Shown piece by piece: positions 37,901 through 52,600 of a stretch of 64,000 bases of DNA (the first letter of the stretch is position 1; the number at the start of each line of letters is the position of its first letter). This stretch comes from Paragordius varius (lineage: Eukaryota; Animalia; Nematomorpha), in NCBI GenBank assembly GCA_964247055.1, contig OZ176054.1, forward strand, positions 744,001 to 808,000, written 5' to 3'. Below the pieces are notes generated by a model that was given only the letters and a program-made list of their open reading frames with translations, did not search any database and had not been told where the DNA came from. The translations under genes and the position numbers were made by a program.

Positions 37901-40900
37901 ATTAATGTATAAAACTAGTCGTATCAATAAATCGCATCAATACTCAAGTTAAACTTTGTCCTTAATTATCGGATATTGGTCACCGGTGAACAAAATTATT
38001 TTTTATACATTCTCTTAGTAAGACTACATCAAAATATAGAGATATTTTGACAAACTCTTTCATATCCGATTTTTACAACGATACTTTAAAAATTAATGTG
38101 TTAAACTAGTCGCATCAATACTCAAGTTAAACTTTGTCCTTAAAAATCGAATATTGGTCACCGGTGAACAAAATTATTTTTTATATATTCTCTTAGTAAG
38201 ACTACATCAAAATATAGAAATAGTTTGACAAACTCTTTCATATCCGATTTTTACAAAGATACTTTAAAATTTAATGTATTAAACTAGTCGCATCAATACT
38301 CAAATAAAACTTTGTCCTTAAAAATCGGATATTGGTCACCGGTGAACAAAATTATTTTTTATACATTGTCTTAGTAAGACTACATCAAAATATAGAGGTA
38401 GTTTGAAAAACTCTTTCATATCCGATTTTTACAACGATACTTTAAAAATTAATGTATTAAACTAGTGGCATCAATACTCAAATTAAACTTTGTCCTTAAA
38501 AATCGGATATTGGTCACCGGTGAACAAAATTATTTTTTATACATTCTCTTTGTAACACTACATCAAAATATAGAGATAGTTTGACAAACTCTTTCATATC
38601 CGATTTTTACAACGATACTTTAAAAATTAATGTGTTTAACTAGTCGCATCAATACTAAAGTTAAACTTTGTCCTTAAAAATCGGATATTGGTCACCGGTG
38701 AACAAAATTATTTTTTATATATTCTCTTAGCAAGACTACATCAAAATATAGAGATAGTTTGACAAACTCGTTCATATCCGATTTTTACAACGATACTTTA
38801 AAAATTAATGTATAAAACTAGTCGTATCAATAAATCGCATCAATACTCAAGTTAAACTTTGTCCTTAATTATCGGATATTGGTCACCGGTGAACAAAATT
38901 ATTTTTTATACATTCTCTTAGTAAGACTACATCAAAATATAGAGATATTTTGACAAACTCTTTCATATCCGATTTTTACAACGATACTTTAAAAATTAAT
39001 GTGTTAAACTAGTCGCATCAATACTCAAGTTAAACTTTGTCCTTAAAAATCGAATATTGGTCACCGGTGAACAAAATTATTTTTTATATATTCTCTTAGT
39101 AAGACTACATCAAAATATAGAAATAGTTTGACAAACTCTTTCATATCCGATTTTTACAAAGATACTTTAAAATTTATATTAAACTAGTCGCATCAATACT
39201 CAAATAAAACTTTGTCCTTAAAAATCGGATAGTGGTCACCGGTGAACAAAATTATTTTTTATACATTCTCTTAGTAAGACTACATCAAAATATAGAGGTA
39301 GTTTGAAAAACTCTTTCATATCCGATTTTTACAACGATACTTTAAAAATTAATGTTTTAAACTAGTCGCATCAATACTCAAATTAAACTTTGTCCTTAAA
39401 AATCGGATATTGGTCACCGGTGAACAAAATTATTTTTTATATATTCTCTTAGCAAGACTACATCAAAATATAGAGATAGTTTGACAAACTCTTTCATATC
39501 CGATTTTTACAACGATACGTTAAAAATTATGGTATTAAACTAGTCGCATCAATACTCAAATTAAACTTTGTCCTTAAAAATCGGATATTGGTCACCGGTG
39601 AACAAAATTATTTTTTATATATTCTCTTAGCAAGACTACATCAAAATATAGAGATAGTTTGACAAACTCTTTCATATCCGATTTTTACAACGATACTTTA
39701 AAAATTAATGTAAACTAGTCGTATCAATAAATCGCATCAATACTCAAGTTAAACTTTGTCCTTAATTATCGGATATTGGTCACCGGTGAACAAAATTATT
39801 TTTTATACATTCTCTTAGTAAGACTACATCAAAATATAGAGATATTTTGACAAACTCTTTCATATCCGATTTTTACAACGATACTTTAAAAATTAATGTG
39901 TTAAACTAGTCGCATCAATACTCAAGTTAAACTTTGTCCTTAAAAATCGAATATTGGTCACCGGTGAACAAAATTATTTTTTATATATTCTCTTAGTAAG
40001 ACTACATCAAAATATAGAAATAGTTTGACAAACTCTTTCATATCCGATTTTTACAAAGATACTTTAAAATTTAATGTATTAAACTAGTCGCATCAATACT
40101 CAAATAAAACTTTGTCCTTAAAAATCGGATATTGGTCACCGGTGAACAAAATTATTTTTTATACATTCTCTTAGTAAGACTACATCAAAATATAGAGGTA
40201 GTTTGAAAAACTCTTTCATATCCGATTTTTACAACGATACTTTAAAAATTAATGTATTAAACTAGTCGCATCAATACTCAAATTAAACTTTGTCCTTAAA
40301 AATCGGATATTGGTCACCGGTGAACAATATTATTTTTTATACATTCTCTTTGTAAGACTACATCAAAATATAGAGATAGTTTGACAAACTCTTTCATATC
40401 CGATTTTTACAACGATACTTTAAAAATTAATGTGTTTAACTAGTCGCATCAATACTAAAGTTAAACTTTGTCCATAAAAATCGAATATTGGTCACCGGTG
40501 AACAAAATTATTTTTTATATATTCATTTAGCAAGACTACCACAAAATATAGAGATAGTTTGACAAACTCTTTCATATCCGATTTTTACAACGATACTTCA
40601 AAAATTATGGTATTAAACTAGTCGCATCTATACTCAAATTAAACTTTGTCCTTAAAAATCGGATATTGGTCACCGGTGAACAAAATTATTTTTTATATAT
40701 TCTCTTAGCAAGACTACATCAAAATATAGAGATAGTTTGACAAACTCTTTCATATCCGATTTTTACAACGATACTTTAAAAATTATGTATAAAACTAGTC
40801 GTATCAATAAATCGCATCAATACTCAAGTTAAACTTTGTCCTTAATTATCGGATATTGCGGTGAACAAAATTATTTTTTATACATTCTCTTAGTAAGACT

Positions 40901-43100
40901 ACATCAAAATATAGAGATAGTTTGACAAACTCTTTCATATCCGATTTTTACAACGATACGTTAAAAATTATGGTATTAAACTAGTCGCATCAATACTCAA
41001 ATTAAACTTTGTCCTTAAAAATCGGATATTAGTCACCGGTGAACAAAATTATTTTTTATACATTTTCTTAGTAAGACTACATCAAAATATAGAGATAGTT
41101 TGACAAACTCTTTCATATCCGATTTTTACAACGATACGTTAAAAATTATGGTATTAAACTAGTCGCATCAATACTCAAATTAAACTTTGTCCTTAAAAAT
41201 CGGATATTGGTCACCGGTGAACAAAATTATTTTTTATATATTCTCTTAGCAAGACTACATCAAAATATAGAGATAGTTTGACAAACTCTTTCATATCCGA
41301 TTTTTACAACGATACGTTAAAAACTATGGTATTAAACTAGTCGCATCAATACTCAAATTAAACTTTGTCCTTAAAAATCGGATATTGGTCACCGGTGAAC
41401 AAAATTATTTTTTATATATTCTCTTAGCAAGACTACATCAAAATATAGAGATAGTTTGACAAACTCTTTCATATCCGATTTTTACAACGATACTTTAAAA
41501 ATTAATGTATAAAACTAGTCGTATCAATAAATCGCATCAATACTCAAGTTAAACTTTGTCCTTAATTATCGGATATTGGTCACCGGTGAACAAAAATATT
41601 TTTTATACATTCTCTTAGTAAGACTACATCAAAATATAGAGATATTTTGACAAACTCTTTCATATCCGATTTTTACAACGATACTTTAAAAATTAATGTG
41701 TTAAACTAGTCGCATCAATACTCAAGTTAAACTTTGTCCTTAAAAATCGAATATTGGTCACCGGTGAACAAAATTATTTTTTATATATTCTCTTAGTAAG
41801 ACTACATCAAAATATAGAAATAGTTTGACAAACTCTTTCATATCCGATTTTTACAAAGATACTTTAAAATTTAATGTATTAAACTAGTCGCATCAATACT
41901 CAAATAAAACTTTGTCCTTAAAAATCGGATATTGGTCACCGGTGAACAAAATTATTTTTTATACATTCTCTTAGTAAGACTACATCAAAATATAGAGGTA
42001 GTTTGAAAAACTCTTTCATATCCGATTTTTACAACGATACTTTAAAAATTAATGTTTTAAACTAGTCGCATCAATACTCAAATTAAACTTTGTCCTTAAA
42101 AATCGAATATTGGTCACCGGTGAACAAAATTATTTTTTATATATTCTCTTAGTAAGACTACATCAAAATATAGAAATAGTTTGACAAACTCTTTCATATC
42201 CGATTTTTACAACGATACTTTAAAATTTAATGTATTAAACTAGTCGCATCAATACTCAAATAAAACTTTGTCCTTAAAAATCGGATATTGGTCACCGGTG
42301 AACAAAATTATTTTTTATACATTCTCTTAGTAAGACTACATCAAAATATAGAGATAGTTTGACAAACTCTTTCATATCCGATTTTTACAACGATACTTTA
42401 AAAATTAATGTGTTTAACTAGTCGCATCAATACTCAAGTTAAACTTTGTCCTTAAAAATCGAATATTGGTCACCGGTGAACAAAATTATTTTTTATATAT
42501 TCTCTTAGCAAGACTACATCAAAATATAGAGATAGTTTGACAAACTCTTTCATATCCGATTTTTACAACGATACGTTAAAAATTATGGTATTAAACTAGT
42601 CGCATCTATACTCAAATTAAACTTTGTCCTTAAAAATCGGATATTGGTCACCGGTGAACAAAATTATATTTTATATATTCTCTTAGCAAGACTACATCAA
42701 AATATAGAGATAGTTTGACAAACTCTTTCATATCCGATTTTTACAACGATACTTTAAAAATTAATGTATAAAACTAGTCGTATCAATAAATCGCATCAAT
42801 ACTCAAGTTAAACTTTGTCCTTAAAAATCGGATATTGGTCACCGGTGAACAAAATTATTTTTTATACATTCTCTTACTAAGACTACATCAAAATATAGAG
42901 ATAGTTTGACAAACTTTTTCATATCCGATTTTTACAACGATACTTTAAAAATTAATGTGTTAAACTAGTCGCATCAATACTCAAGTTAAACTTTGTCCTC
43001 AAAAATCGAATATTGGTCACCGGTGAACAAAATTATTTTTTATATATTCTCTTAGTAAGACTACATCAAAATATAGAAATAGTTTGACAAACTCTTTCAT
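35000..43100 (-). repeat. Variable-length higher-order repeat domain (4- to 7-mers)
   Basis: Marker CCTTAATTATCGG at 35,811, 36,714, 37,963, 38,866, 39,763, 40,843 and 41,563. Spacings are 903, 1249, 903, 897, 1080, 720. Confidence 0.8.
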
Positions 43101-43699
43101 ATCCGATTTTTCAACGATACTTTAAAAATTATGTATAAAACTAGTCGTATCAATAAATCGCATCAATACTCAAGTTAAACTTTGTCCTTAATTATCGGAT
43201 ATTGCGGTGAACAAAATTATTTTTTATACATTCTCTTAGTAAGACTACATCAAAATATAGAGATAGTTTGACAAACTCTTTCATATCCGATTTTTACAAC
43301 GATACGTAAAAAATTATGGTATTAAACTAGTCGCATCAATACTCAAATTAAACTTTGTCCTTAAAAATCGGATATTGGTCACCGGTGAACAAAACTATTT
43401 TTTATATATTCTCTTAGCAAGACTGCATCAAAATATAGAGATAGTTTGACAAACTCTTTCATATCCGATTTTTACAACGATACTTTAAAAATTAATGTAT
43501 AAAACTAGTCGTATCAATAAATCGCATCAATACTCAAGTTAAACTTTGTCCTTAAAAATCGGATATTGGTCACCGGTGAACAAAATTATTTTTTATACAT
43601 TCTCTTACTAAGACTACATCAAAATATAGAGATAGTTTGACAAACTTTTTCATATCCGATTTTTACAACGATACTTTAAAAATTAATGTGTTAAACTAG

Positions 43700-46600
43700 T
43701 CGCATCAATACTCAAGTTAAACTTTGTCCTTAAAAATCGAATATTGGTCACCGGTGAACAAAATTATTTTTTATATATTCTCTTAGTAAGACTACATCAA
43801 AATATAGAAATAGTTTGACAAACTCTTTCATATCCGATTTTTACAACGATACTTTAAAATTTAATGTATTAAACTAGTCGCATCAATACTCAAATTAAAC
43901 TTTGTCCTTAAAAATCGGATATTGGTCACCGGTGAACAAAATTATATTTTATATATTCTCTTAGCAAGACTACATCAAAATATAGAGATAGTTTGACAAA
44001 CTCTTTCCTATCCGATTTTTACAACAACACTTTAAAAATTAATGTATAAAACGAGTCGTATCAATAAATCGCATCAATACTGAAGTTAAACTTTGTCATT
44101 AAAAATCGGATATTGGTCACCGGTGAACAAAATTATTTTTTATACATTCTCTTAGTAGGACTACATCAAAATATAGAGATAGTTTGGCAAACTCTTTCAT
44201 ATCCGATTTTTACAACGATACTTTAAAAATTAATGTATTAAACTAGTCGCATCAATACTCAAGTTAAACTTTGTCCTTAAAAATCGGATATTGGTCTCCG
44301 GTGAACAAAATAATTTTTTATACATTCTCTTAGTAAGACTACATCAAAATATAGAGATAGTTTGACAAACTCTTTCATATCCGATTTTTACAACGATACT
44401 TTAAAAATTAATGTAAACTAGTCGCATCAATACTCAAGTTAAACTTTGTCCTTAAAAATCGGATATTGGTCACCGGTGGACAAAATTATTTTTTATATAT
44501 TCTCTTAGCAAGACTACATCAAAATATAGAGATAGTTTGACAAACTCTTTCATATCCGATTTTTACAACGATACTTTAAAAATTAATGTATAAAACTAGT
44601 CGCATCAATACTCAACTTAAACTTTGTCATAAAAAATCGAATATTGGTCACCGGTGAACAAAATTATTTTTTATACATTCTCTTAGTAAGACTACATCAA
44701 AATATAGAGATAGTTTGACAAACTCTTTCATATCCGATTTTTACAACGATACTTTAAAAATTAATGTATTAAACTAGTCGCATCAATACTCAAGTTAAAC
44801 TTTGTCCTTAAAAATCGGATATTGGTCACCGGTGAACAAAATTATTTTTTATATATTCTCTTAGCAAGACTACATCAAAATATAGAGGTAGTTTGACAAA
44901 CTCTTTCATATCCGATTTTTACAACGATACTTTAAAAATTAATGTATAAAACGAGTCGTATCCATAAATCGCATCAATACTCAAGTTAAACTTTGTCCTT
45001 AAAAATCGGATATTGGTCACCGGTGCACAAAATTATTTTTTATACATTCTCTTAGTAGGACTACATCAAAATATAGAGATAGTTTGGCAAACTCTTTCAT
45101 ATCCGATTTTTACAACGATACTTTAAAAATTAATGTATTAAACTAGTCGTATCAATACTCAAGTTAAACTTTGTCCTTAAAAATCGGATATTGGTCTCCG
45201 GTGAACAAAATAATTTTTTATATATTCTCTTAGCAAGACTACATCAAAATATAGAGATAGTTTGACAAACTCGTTCATATCCGATTTTTACAACGATACT
45301 TTAAAAATTAATGTATAAAACTAGTCGTATCAATAAATCGCATCAATACTCAAGTTAAACTTTGTCCTTAAAAATCGGATATTGGTCTCCGGTGAACAAA
45401 ATTATTTTTTATACATTCTCTTAGTAAGACTAAATCAAAATATAGAGATAGTTTGACAAACTCTTTCATATCCGATTTTTACAACGATACTTTAAAAATT
45501 AATGTATTAAACTAGTCGCATCAATACTCAAGTTAAACTTTGTCCTTAAAAATCGGATATTGGTCTCCGGTGAACAAAATAATTTTTTATATATTCTCTA
45601 AGCAAGACTACATCAAAATATAGAGATAGTTTGACAAACTCGTTCATATCCGATTTTTACAACGATACTTTAAAAATTAATGTATAAAACTAGTCGTATC
45701 AATAAATCGCATCAATACTCAAGTTAAACTTTGTCCTTAAAAATCGGATATTGGTCACCGGTGAACAAAATTATTTTTTATATATTCTCTTAGCAAGACT
45801 ACATCAAAATATAGAGGTAGTTTGACAAACTCGTTCATATCCGATTTTTACAACGATACTTTAAAAATTAATGTATAAAACTAGTCGTATCAATAAATCG
45901 CATCAATACTCAAGTTAAACTTTGTCCTTAAAATTCGGATATTGGTCTCCGGTGAACAAAATTATTTTTTATACATTCTCTTAGTAAGACTAAATCAAAA
46001 TATAGAGATAGTTTGACAAACTCTTTCATATCCGATTTTTACAACGATACTTTAAAAATTAATGTATTAAACTAGTCGCATCAATACTCAAGTTAAACTT
46101 TGTCCTTAAAAATCGGATATTGGTCACCGGTGGACAAAATTATTTTTTATATATTCTCTTAGCAAGACTACATCAAAATATAGAGATAGTTTGACAAACT
46201 CTTTCATATCCGATTTTTACAACGATACTTTAAAAATTAATGTATAAAACTAGTCGCATCAATACTCAACTTAAACTTTGTCATAAAAAATCGAATATTG
46301 GTCACCGGTGAACAAAATTATTTTTTATACATTCTCTTAGTAAGACTACATCAAAATATAGAGATAGTTTGACAAACTCTTTCATATCCGATTTTTACAA
46401 CGATACTTTAAAAATTAATGTATTAAACTAGTCGCATCAATACTCAAGTTAAACTTTGTCCTAAAAATCGGATATTGGTCACCGGTGAACAAAATTATTT
46501 TTTATATATTCTCTTAGCAAGACTACATCAAAATATAGAGGTAGTTTGACAAACTCTTTCATATCCGATTTTTACAACGATACTTTAAAAATTAATGTAT

Positions 46601-49600
46601 AAAACGAGTCGTATCAATAAATCGCATCAATACTCAAGTTAAACTTTGTCCTTAAAAATCGGATATTGGTCACCGGTGCACAAAATTATTTTTTATACAT
46701 TCTCTTAGTAGGACTACATCAAAATATAGAGATAGTTTGGCAAACTCTTTCATATCCGATTTTTACAACGATACTTGAAAAATTAATGTATTAAACTATT
46801 CGCATCAATACTCAAGTTAAACTTTGTCCTTAAAAATCGGATATTGGTCTCCGGTGAACAAAATTATTTTTTATACATTCTCTTAGTAAGACTAAATCAA
46901 AATATAGAGATAGTTTGACAAACTCTTTCATATCCGATTTTTACAACGATACTTTAAAAATTAATGTATTAAACTAGTCGCATCAATACTCAAGTTAAAC
47001 TTTGTCCTTAAAAATCGGATATTGGTCACCGGTGGACAAAATTATTTTTTATATATTCTCTTAGTCGGACTACATCAAAATATAGAGATAGTTTGGCAAA
47101 CTCTTTCATATCCGATTTTTACAACGATACTTGAAAAATTAATGTATTAAACTAGTCGCATCAATACTCAAGTTAAACTTTGTCCTTAAAAATCGGATAT
47201 TGGTCTCCGGTGAACAAAATTATTTTTTATACATTCTCTTAGTAAGACTAAATCAAAATATAGAGATAGTTTGACAAACTCTTTCATATCCGATTTTTAC
47301 AACGATACTTTAAAAATTAATGTATTAAACTAGTCGCATCAATACTCAAGTTAAACTTTGTCCTTAAAAATCGGATATTGGTCACCGGTGGACAAAATTA
47401 TTTTTTATATATTCTCTTAGCAAGACTACATCAAAATATAGAGATAGTTTGACAAACTCTTTCATATCCGATTTTTACAACGATACTTTAAAAATTAATG
47501 TATAAAACTAGTCGCATCAATACTCAACTTAAACTTTGTCATAAAAAATCGAATATTAATCACCGGTGAACAAAATTATTTTTTATACATTCTCTTAGTA
47601 AGACTACATCAAAATATAGAGATAGTTTGACAAACTCTTTCATATCCGATTTTTACAACGATACTTTAAAAATTAATGTATTAAACTAGTCGCATCAATA
47701 CTCAAGTTAAACTTTGTCCTTAAAAATCGGATATTGGTCACCGGTGAACAAAATTATTTTTTATATATTCTCTTAGCAAGACTACATCAAAATATAGAGG
47801 TAGTTTGACAAACTCTTTCATATCCGATTTTTACAACGATACTTTAAAAATTAATGTATAAAACGAGTCGTATCAATAAATCGCATCAATACTCAAGTTA
47901 AACTTTGTCCTTAAAAATCGGATATGGCTCACCGGTGCACAAAATTATTTTTTATACATTCTCTTAGTAGGACTACATCAAAATATAGAGATAGTTTGGC
48001 AAACTCTTTCATATCCGATTTTTACAACGATACTTTAAAAATTAATGTGTTAAACTAGTCGCATCAGTACTCAAGTTAAACTTTGTCCTAAAAAATCGAA
48101 TATTGGTCACCGGTGAACAAAATTATTTTTTATATATTCTCTTAGTAAGACTACATCAAAATATAGAAATAGTTTGACAAACTCTTTCATATCCGATTTT
48201 TACAACGATACTTTAAAATTTAATGTATTAAACTAGTCGCATCAATACTCAAATTAAACTTTGTCCTTAAAAATCGGATATTGGTCACCGGTGAACAAAA
48301 TTATATTTTATATATTCTCTTAGCAAGACTACATCAAAATATAGAGATAGTTTGACAAACTCTTTCCTATCCGATTTTTACAACAACACTTTAAAAATTA
48401 ATGTATAAAACGAGTCGTATCAATAAATCGCATCAATACTGAAGTTAAACTTTGTCATTAAAAATCGGATATTGGTCACCGGTGAACAAAATTATTTTTT
48501 ATACATTCTCTTAGTAGGACTACATCAAAATATAGAGATAGTTTGGCAAACTCTTTCATATCCGATTTTTACAACGATACTTTAAAAATTAATGTATTAA
48601 ACTAGTCGCATCAATACTCAAGTTAAACTTTGTCCTTAAAAATCGGATATTGGTCTCCGGTGAACAAAATAATTTTTTATACATTCTCTTAGTAAGACTA
48701 CATCAAAATATAGAGATAGTTTGACAAACTCTTTCATATCCGATTTTTACAACGATACTTTAAAAATTAATGTAAACTAGTCGCATCAATACTCAAGTTA
48801 AACTTTGTCCTTAAAAATCGGATATTGGTCACCGGTGGACAAAATTATTTTTTATATATTCTCTTAGCAAGACTACATCAAAATATAGAGATAGTTTGAC
48901 AAACTCTTTCATATCCGATTTTTACAACGATACTTTAAAAATTAATGTATAAAACTAGTCGCATCAATACTCAACTTAAACTTTGTCATAAAAAATCGAA
49001 TATTGGTCACCGGTGAACAAAATTATTTTTTATACATTCTCTTAGTAAGACTACATCAAAATATAGAGATAGTTTGACAAACTCTTTCATATCCGATTTT
49101 TACAACGATACTTTAAAAATTAATGTATTAAACTAGTCGCATCAATACTCAAGTTAAACTTTGTCCTTAAAAATCGGATATTGGTCACCGGTGAACAAAA
49201 TTATTTTTTATATATTCTCTTAGCAAGACTACATCAAAATATAGAGGTAGTTTGACAAACTCTTTCATATCCGATTTTTACAACGATACTTTAAAAATTA
49301 ATGTATAAAACGAGTCGTATCAATAAATCGCATCAATACTCAAGTTAAACTTTGTCCTTAAAAATCGGATATTGGTCACCGGTGCACAAAATTATTTTTT
49401 ATACATTCTCTTAGTAGGACTACATCAAAATATAGAGATAGTTTGGCAAACTCTTTCATATCCGATTTTTACAACGATACTTTAAAAATTAATGTATTAA
49501 ACTAGTCGTATCAATACTCAAGTTAAACTTTGTCCTTAAAAATCGGATATTGGTCTCCGGTGAACAAAATAATTTTTTATATATTCTCTTAGCAAGACTA

Positions 49601-52600
49601 CATCAAAATATAGAGATAGTTTGACAAACTCGTTCATATCCGATTTTTACAACGATACTTTAAAAATTAATGTATAAAACTAGTCGTATCAATAAATCGC
49701 ATCAATACTCAAGTTAAACTTTGTCCTTAAAAATCGGATATTGGTCTCCGGTGAACAAAATTATTTTTTATACATTCTCTTAGTAAGACTAAATCAAAAT
49801 ATAGAGATAGTTTGACAAACTCTTTCATATCCGATTTTTACAACGATACTTTAAAAATTAATGTATTAAACTAGTCGCATCAATACTCAAGTTAAACTTT
49901 GTCCTTAAAAATCGGATATTGGTCTCCGGTGAACAAAATAATTTTTTATATATTCTCTAAGCAAGACTACATCAAAATATAGAGATAGTTTGACAAACTC
50001 GTTCATATCCGATTTTTACAACGATACTTTAAAAATTAATGTATAAAACTAGTCGTATCAATAAATCGCATCAATACTCAAGTTAAACTTTGTCCTTAAA
50101 AATCGGATATTGGTCACCGGTGAACAAAATTATTTTTTATATATTCTCTTAGCAAGACTACATCAAAATATAGAGGTAGTTTGACAAACTCGTTCATATC
50201 CGATTTTTACAACGATACTTTAAAAATTAATGTATAAAACTAGTCGTATCAATAAATCGCATCAATACTCAAGTTAAACTTTGTCCTTAAAATTCGGATA
50301 TTGGTCTCCGGTGAACAAAATTATTTTTTATACATTCTCTTAGTAAGACTAAATCAAAATATAGAGATAGTTTGACAAACTCTTTCATATCCGATTTTTA
50401 CAACGATACTTTAAAAATTAATGTATTAAACTAGTCGCATCAATACTCAAGTTAAACTTTGTCCTTAAAAATCGGATATTGGTCACCGGTGGACAAAATT
50501 ATTTTTTATATATTCTCTTAGCAAGACTACATCAAAATATAGAGATAGTTTGACAAACTCTTTCATATCCGATTTTTACAACGATACTTTAAAAATTAAT
50601 GTATAAAACTAGTCGCATCAATACTCAACTTAAACTTTGTCATAAAAAATCGAATATTGGTCACCGGTGAACAAAATTATTTTTTATACATTCTCTTAGT
50701 AAGACTACATCAAAATATAGAGATAGTTTGACAAACTCTTTCATATCCGATTTTTACAACGATACTTTAAAAATTAATGTATTAAACTAGTCGCATCAAT
50801 ACTCAAGTTAAACTTTGTCCTAAAAATCGGATATTGGTCACCGGTGAACAAAATTATTTTTTATATATTCTCTTAGCAAGACTACATCAAAATATAGAGG
50901 TAGTTTGACAAACTCTTTCATATCCGATTTTTACAACGATACTTTAAAAATTAATGTATAAAACTAGTCGTATCAATAAATCGCATCAATACTCAAGTTA
51001 AACTTTGTCCTTAAAAATCGGATATTGGTCTCCGGTGAACAAAATTATTTTTTATACATTCTCTTAGTAAGACTAAATCAAAATATAGAGATAGTTTGAC
51101 AAACTCTTTCATATCCGATTTTTACAACGATACTTGAAAAATTAATGTATTAAACTAGTCGCATCAATACTCAAGTTAAACTTTGTCCTTAAAAATCGGA
51201 TATTGGTCACCGGTGAACAAAATTATTTTTTATATATTCTCTTAGCAAGACTACATCAAAATATAGAGGTAGTTTGACAAACTCTTTCATATCCGATTTT
51301 TACAACGATACTTTAAAAATTAATGTATAAAACGAGTCGTATCAATAAATCGCATCAATACTCAAGTTAAACTTTGTCCTTAAAAATCGGATATTGGTCA
51401 CCGGTGCACAAAATTATTTTTTATACATTCTCTTAGTAGGACTACATCAAAATATAGAGATAGTTTGGCAAACTCTTTCATATCCGATTTTTACAACGAT
51501 ACTTTAAAAATTAATGTATTAAACTAGTCGTATCAATACTCAAGTTAAACTTTGTCCTTAAAAATCGGATATTGGTCTCCGGTGAACAAAATAATTTTTT
51601 ATATATTCTCTTAGCAAGACTACATCAAAATATAGAGATAGTTTGACAAACTCGTTCATATCCGATTTTTACAACGATACTTTAAAAATTAATGTATAAA
51701 ACTAGTCGTATCAATAAATCGCATCAATACTCAAGTTAAACTTTGTCCTTAAAAATCGGATATTGGTCTCCGGTGAACAAAATTATTTTTTATACATTCT
51801 CTTAGTAAGACTAAATCAAAATATAGAGATAGTTTGACAAACTCTTTCATATCCGATTTTTACAACGATACTTTAAAAATTAATGTATTAAACTAGTCGC
51901 ATCAATACTCAAGTTAAACTTTGTCCTTAAAAATCGGATATTGGTCTCCGGTGAACAAAATAATTTTTTATATATTCTCTAAGCAAGACTACATCAAAAT
52001 ATAGAGATAGTTTGACAAACTCGTTCATATCCGATTTTTACAACGATACTTTAAAAATTAATGTATAAAACTAGTCGTATCAATAAATCGCATCAATACT
52101 CAAGTTAAACTTTGTCCTTAAAAATCGGATATTGGTCACCGGTGAACAAAATTATTTTTTATATATTCTCTTAGCAAGACTACATCAAAATATAGAGGTA
52201 GTTTGACAAACTCGTTCATATCCGATTTTTACAACGATACTTTAAAAATTAATGTATAAAACTAGTCGTATCAATAAATCGCATCAATACTCAAGTTAAA
52301 CTTTGTCCTTAAAATTCGGATATTGGTCTCCGGTGAACAAAATTATTTTTTATACATTCTCTTAGTAAGACTAAATCAAAATATAGAGATAGTTTGACAA
52401 ACTCTTTCATATCCGATTTTTACAACGATACTTTAAAAATTAATGTATTAAACTAGTCGCATCAATACTCAAGTTAAACTTTGTCCTTAAAAATCGGATA
52501 TTGGTCACCGGTGGACAAAATTATTTTTTATATATTCTCTTAGCAAGACTACATCAAAATATAGAGATAGTTTGACAAACTCTTTCATATCCGATTTTTA

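Noticed and set aside
15361-39763. Matching 5-7-5-5 HOR spacing in both arms, suggesting a long-range mirror
   Set aside because: The diagnostic variants of the two domains differ entirely, so the similar spacing looks coincidental.
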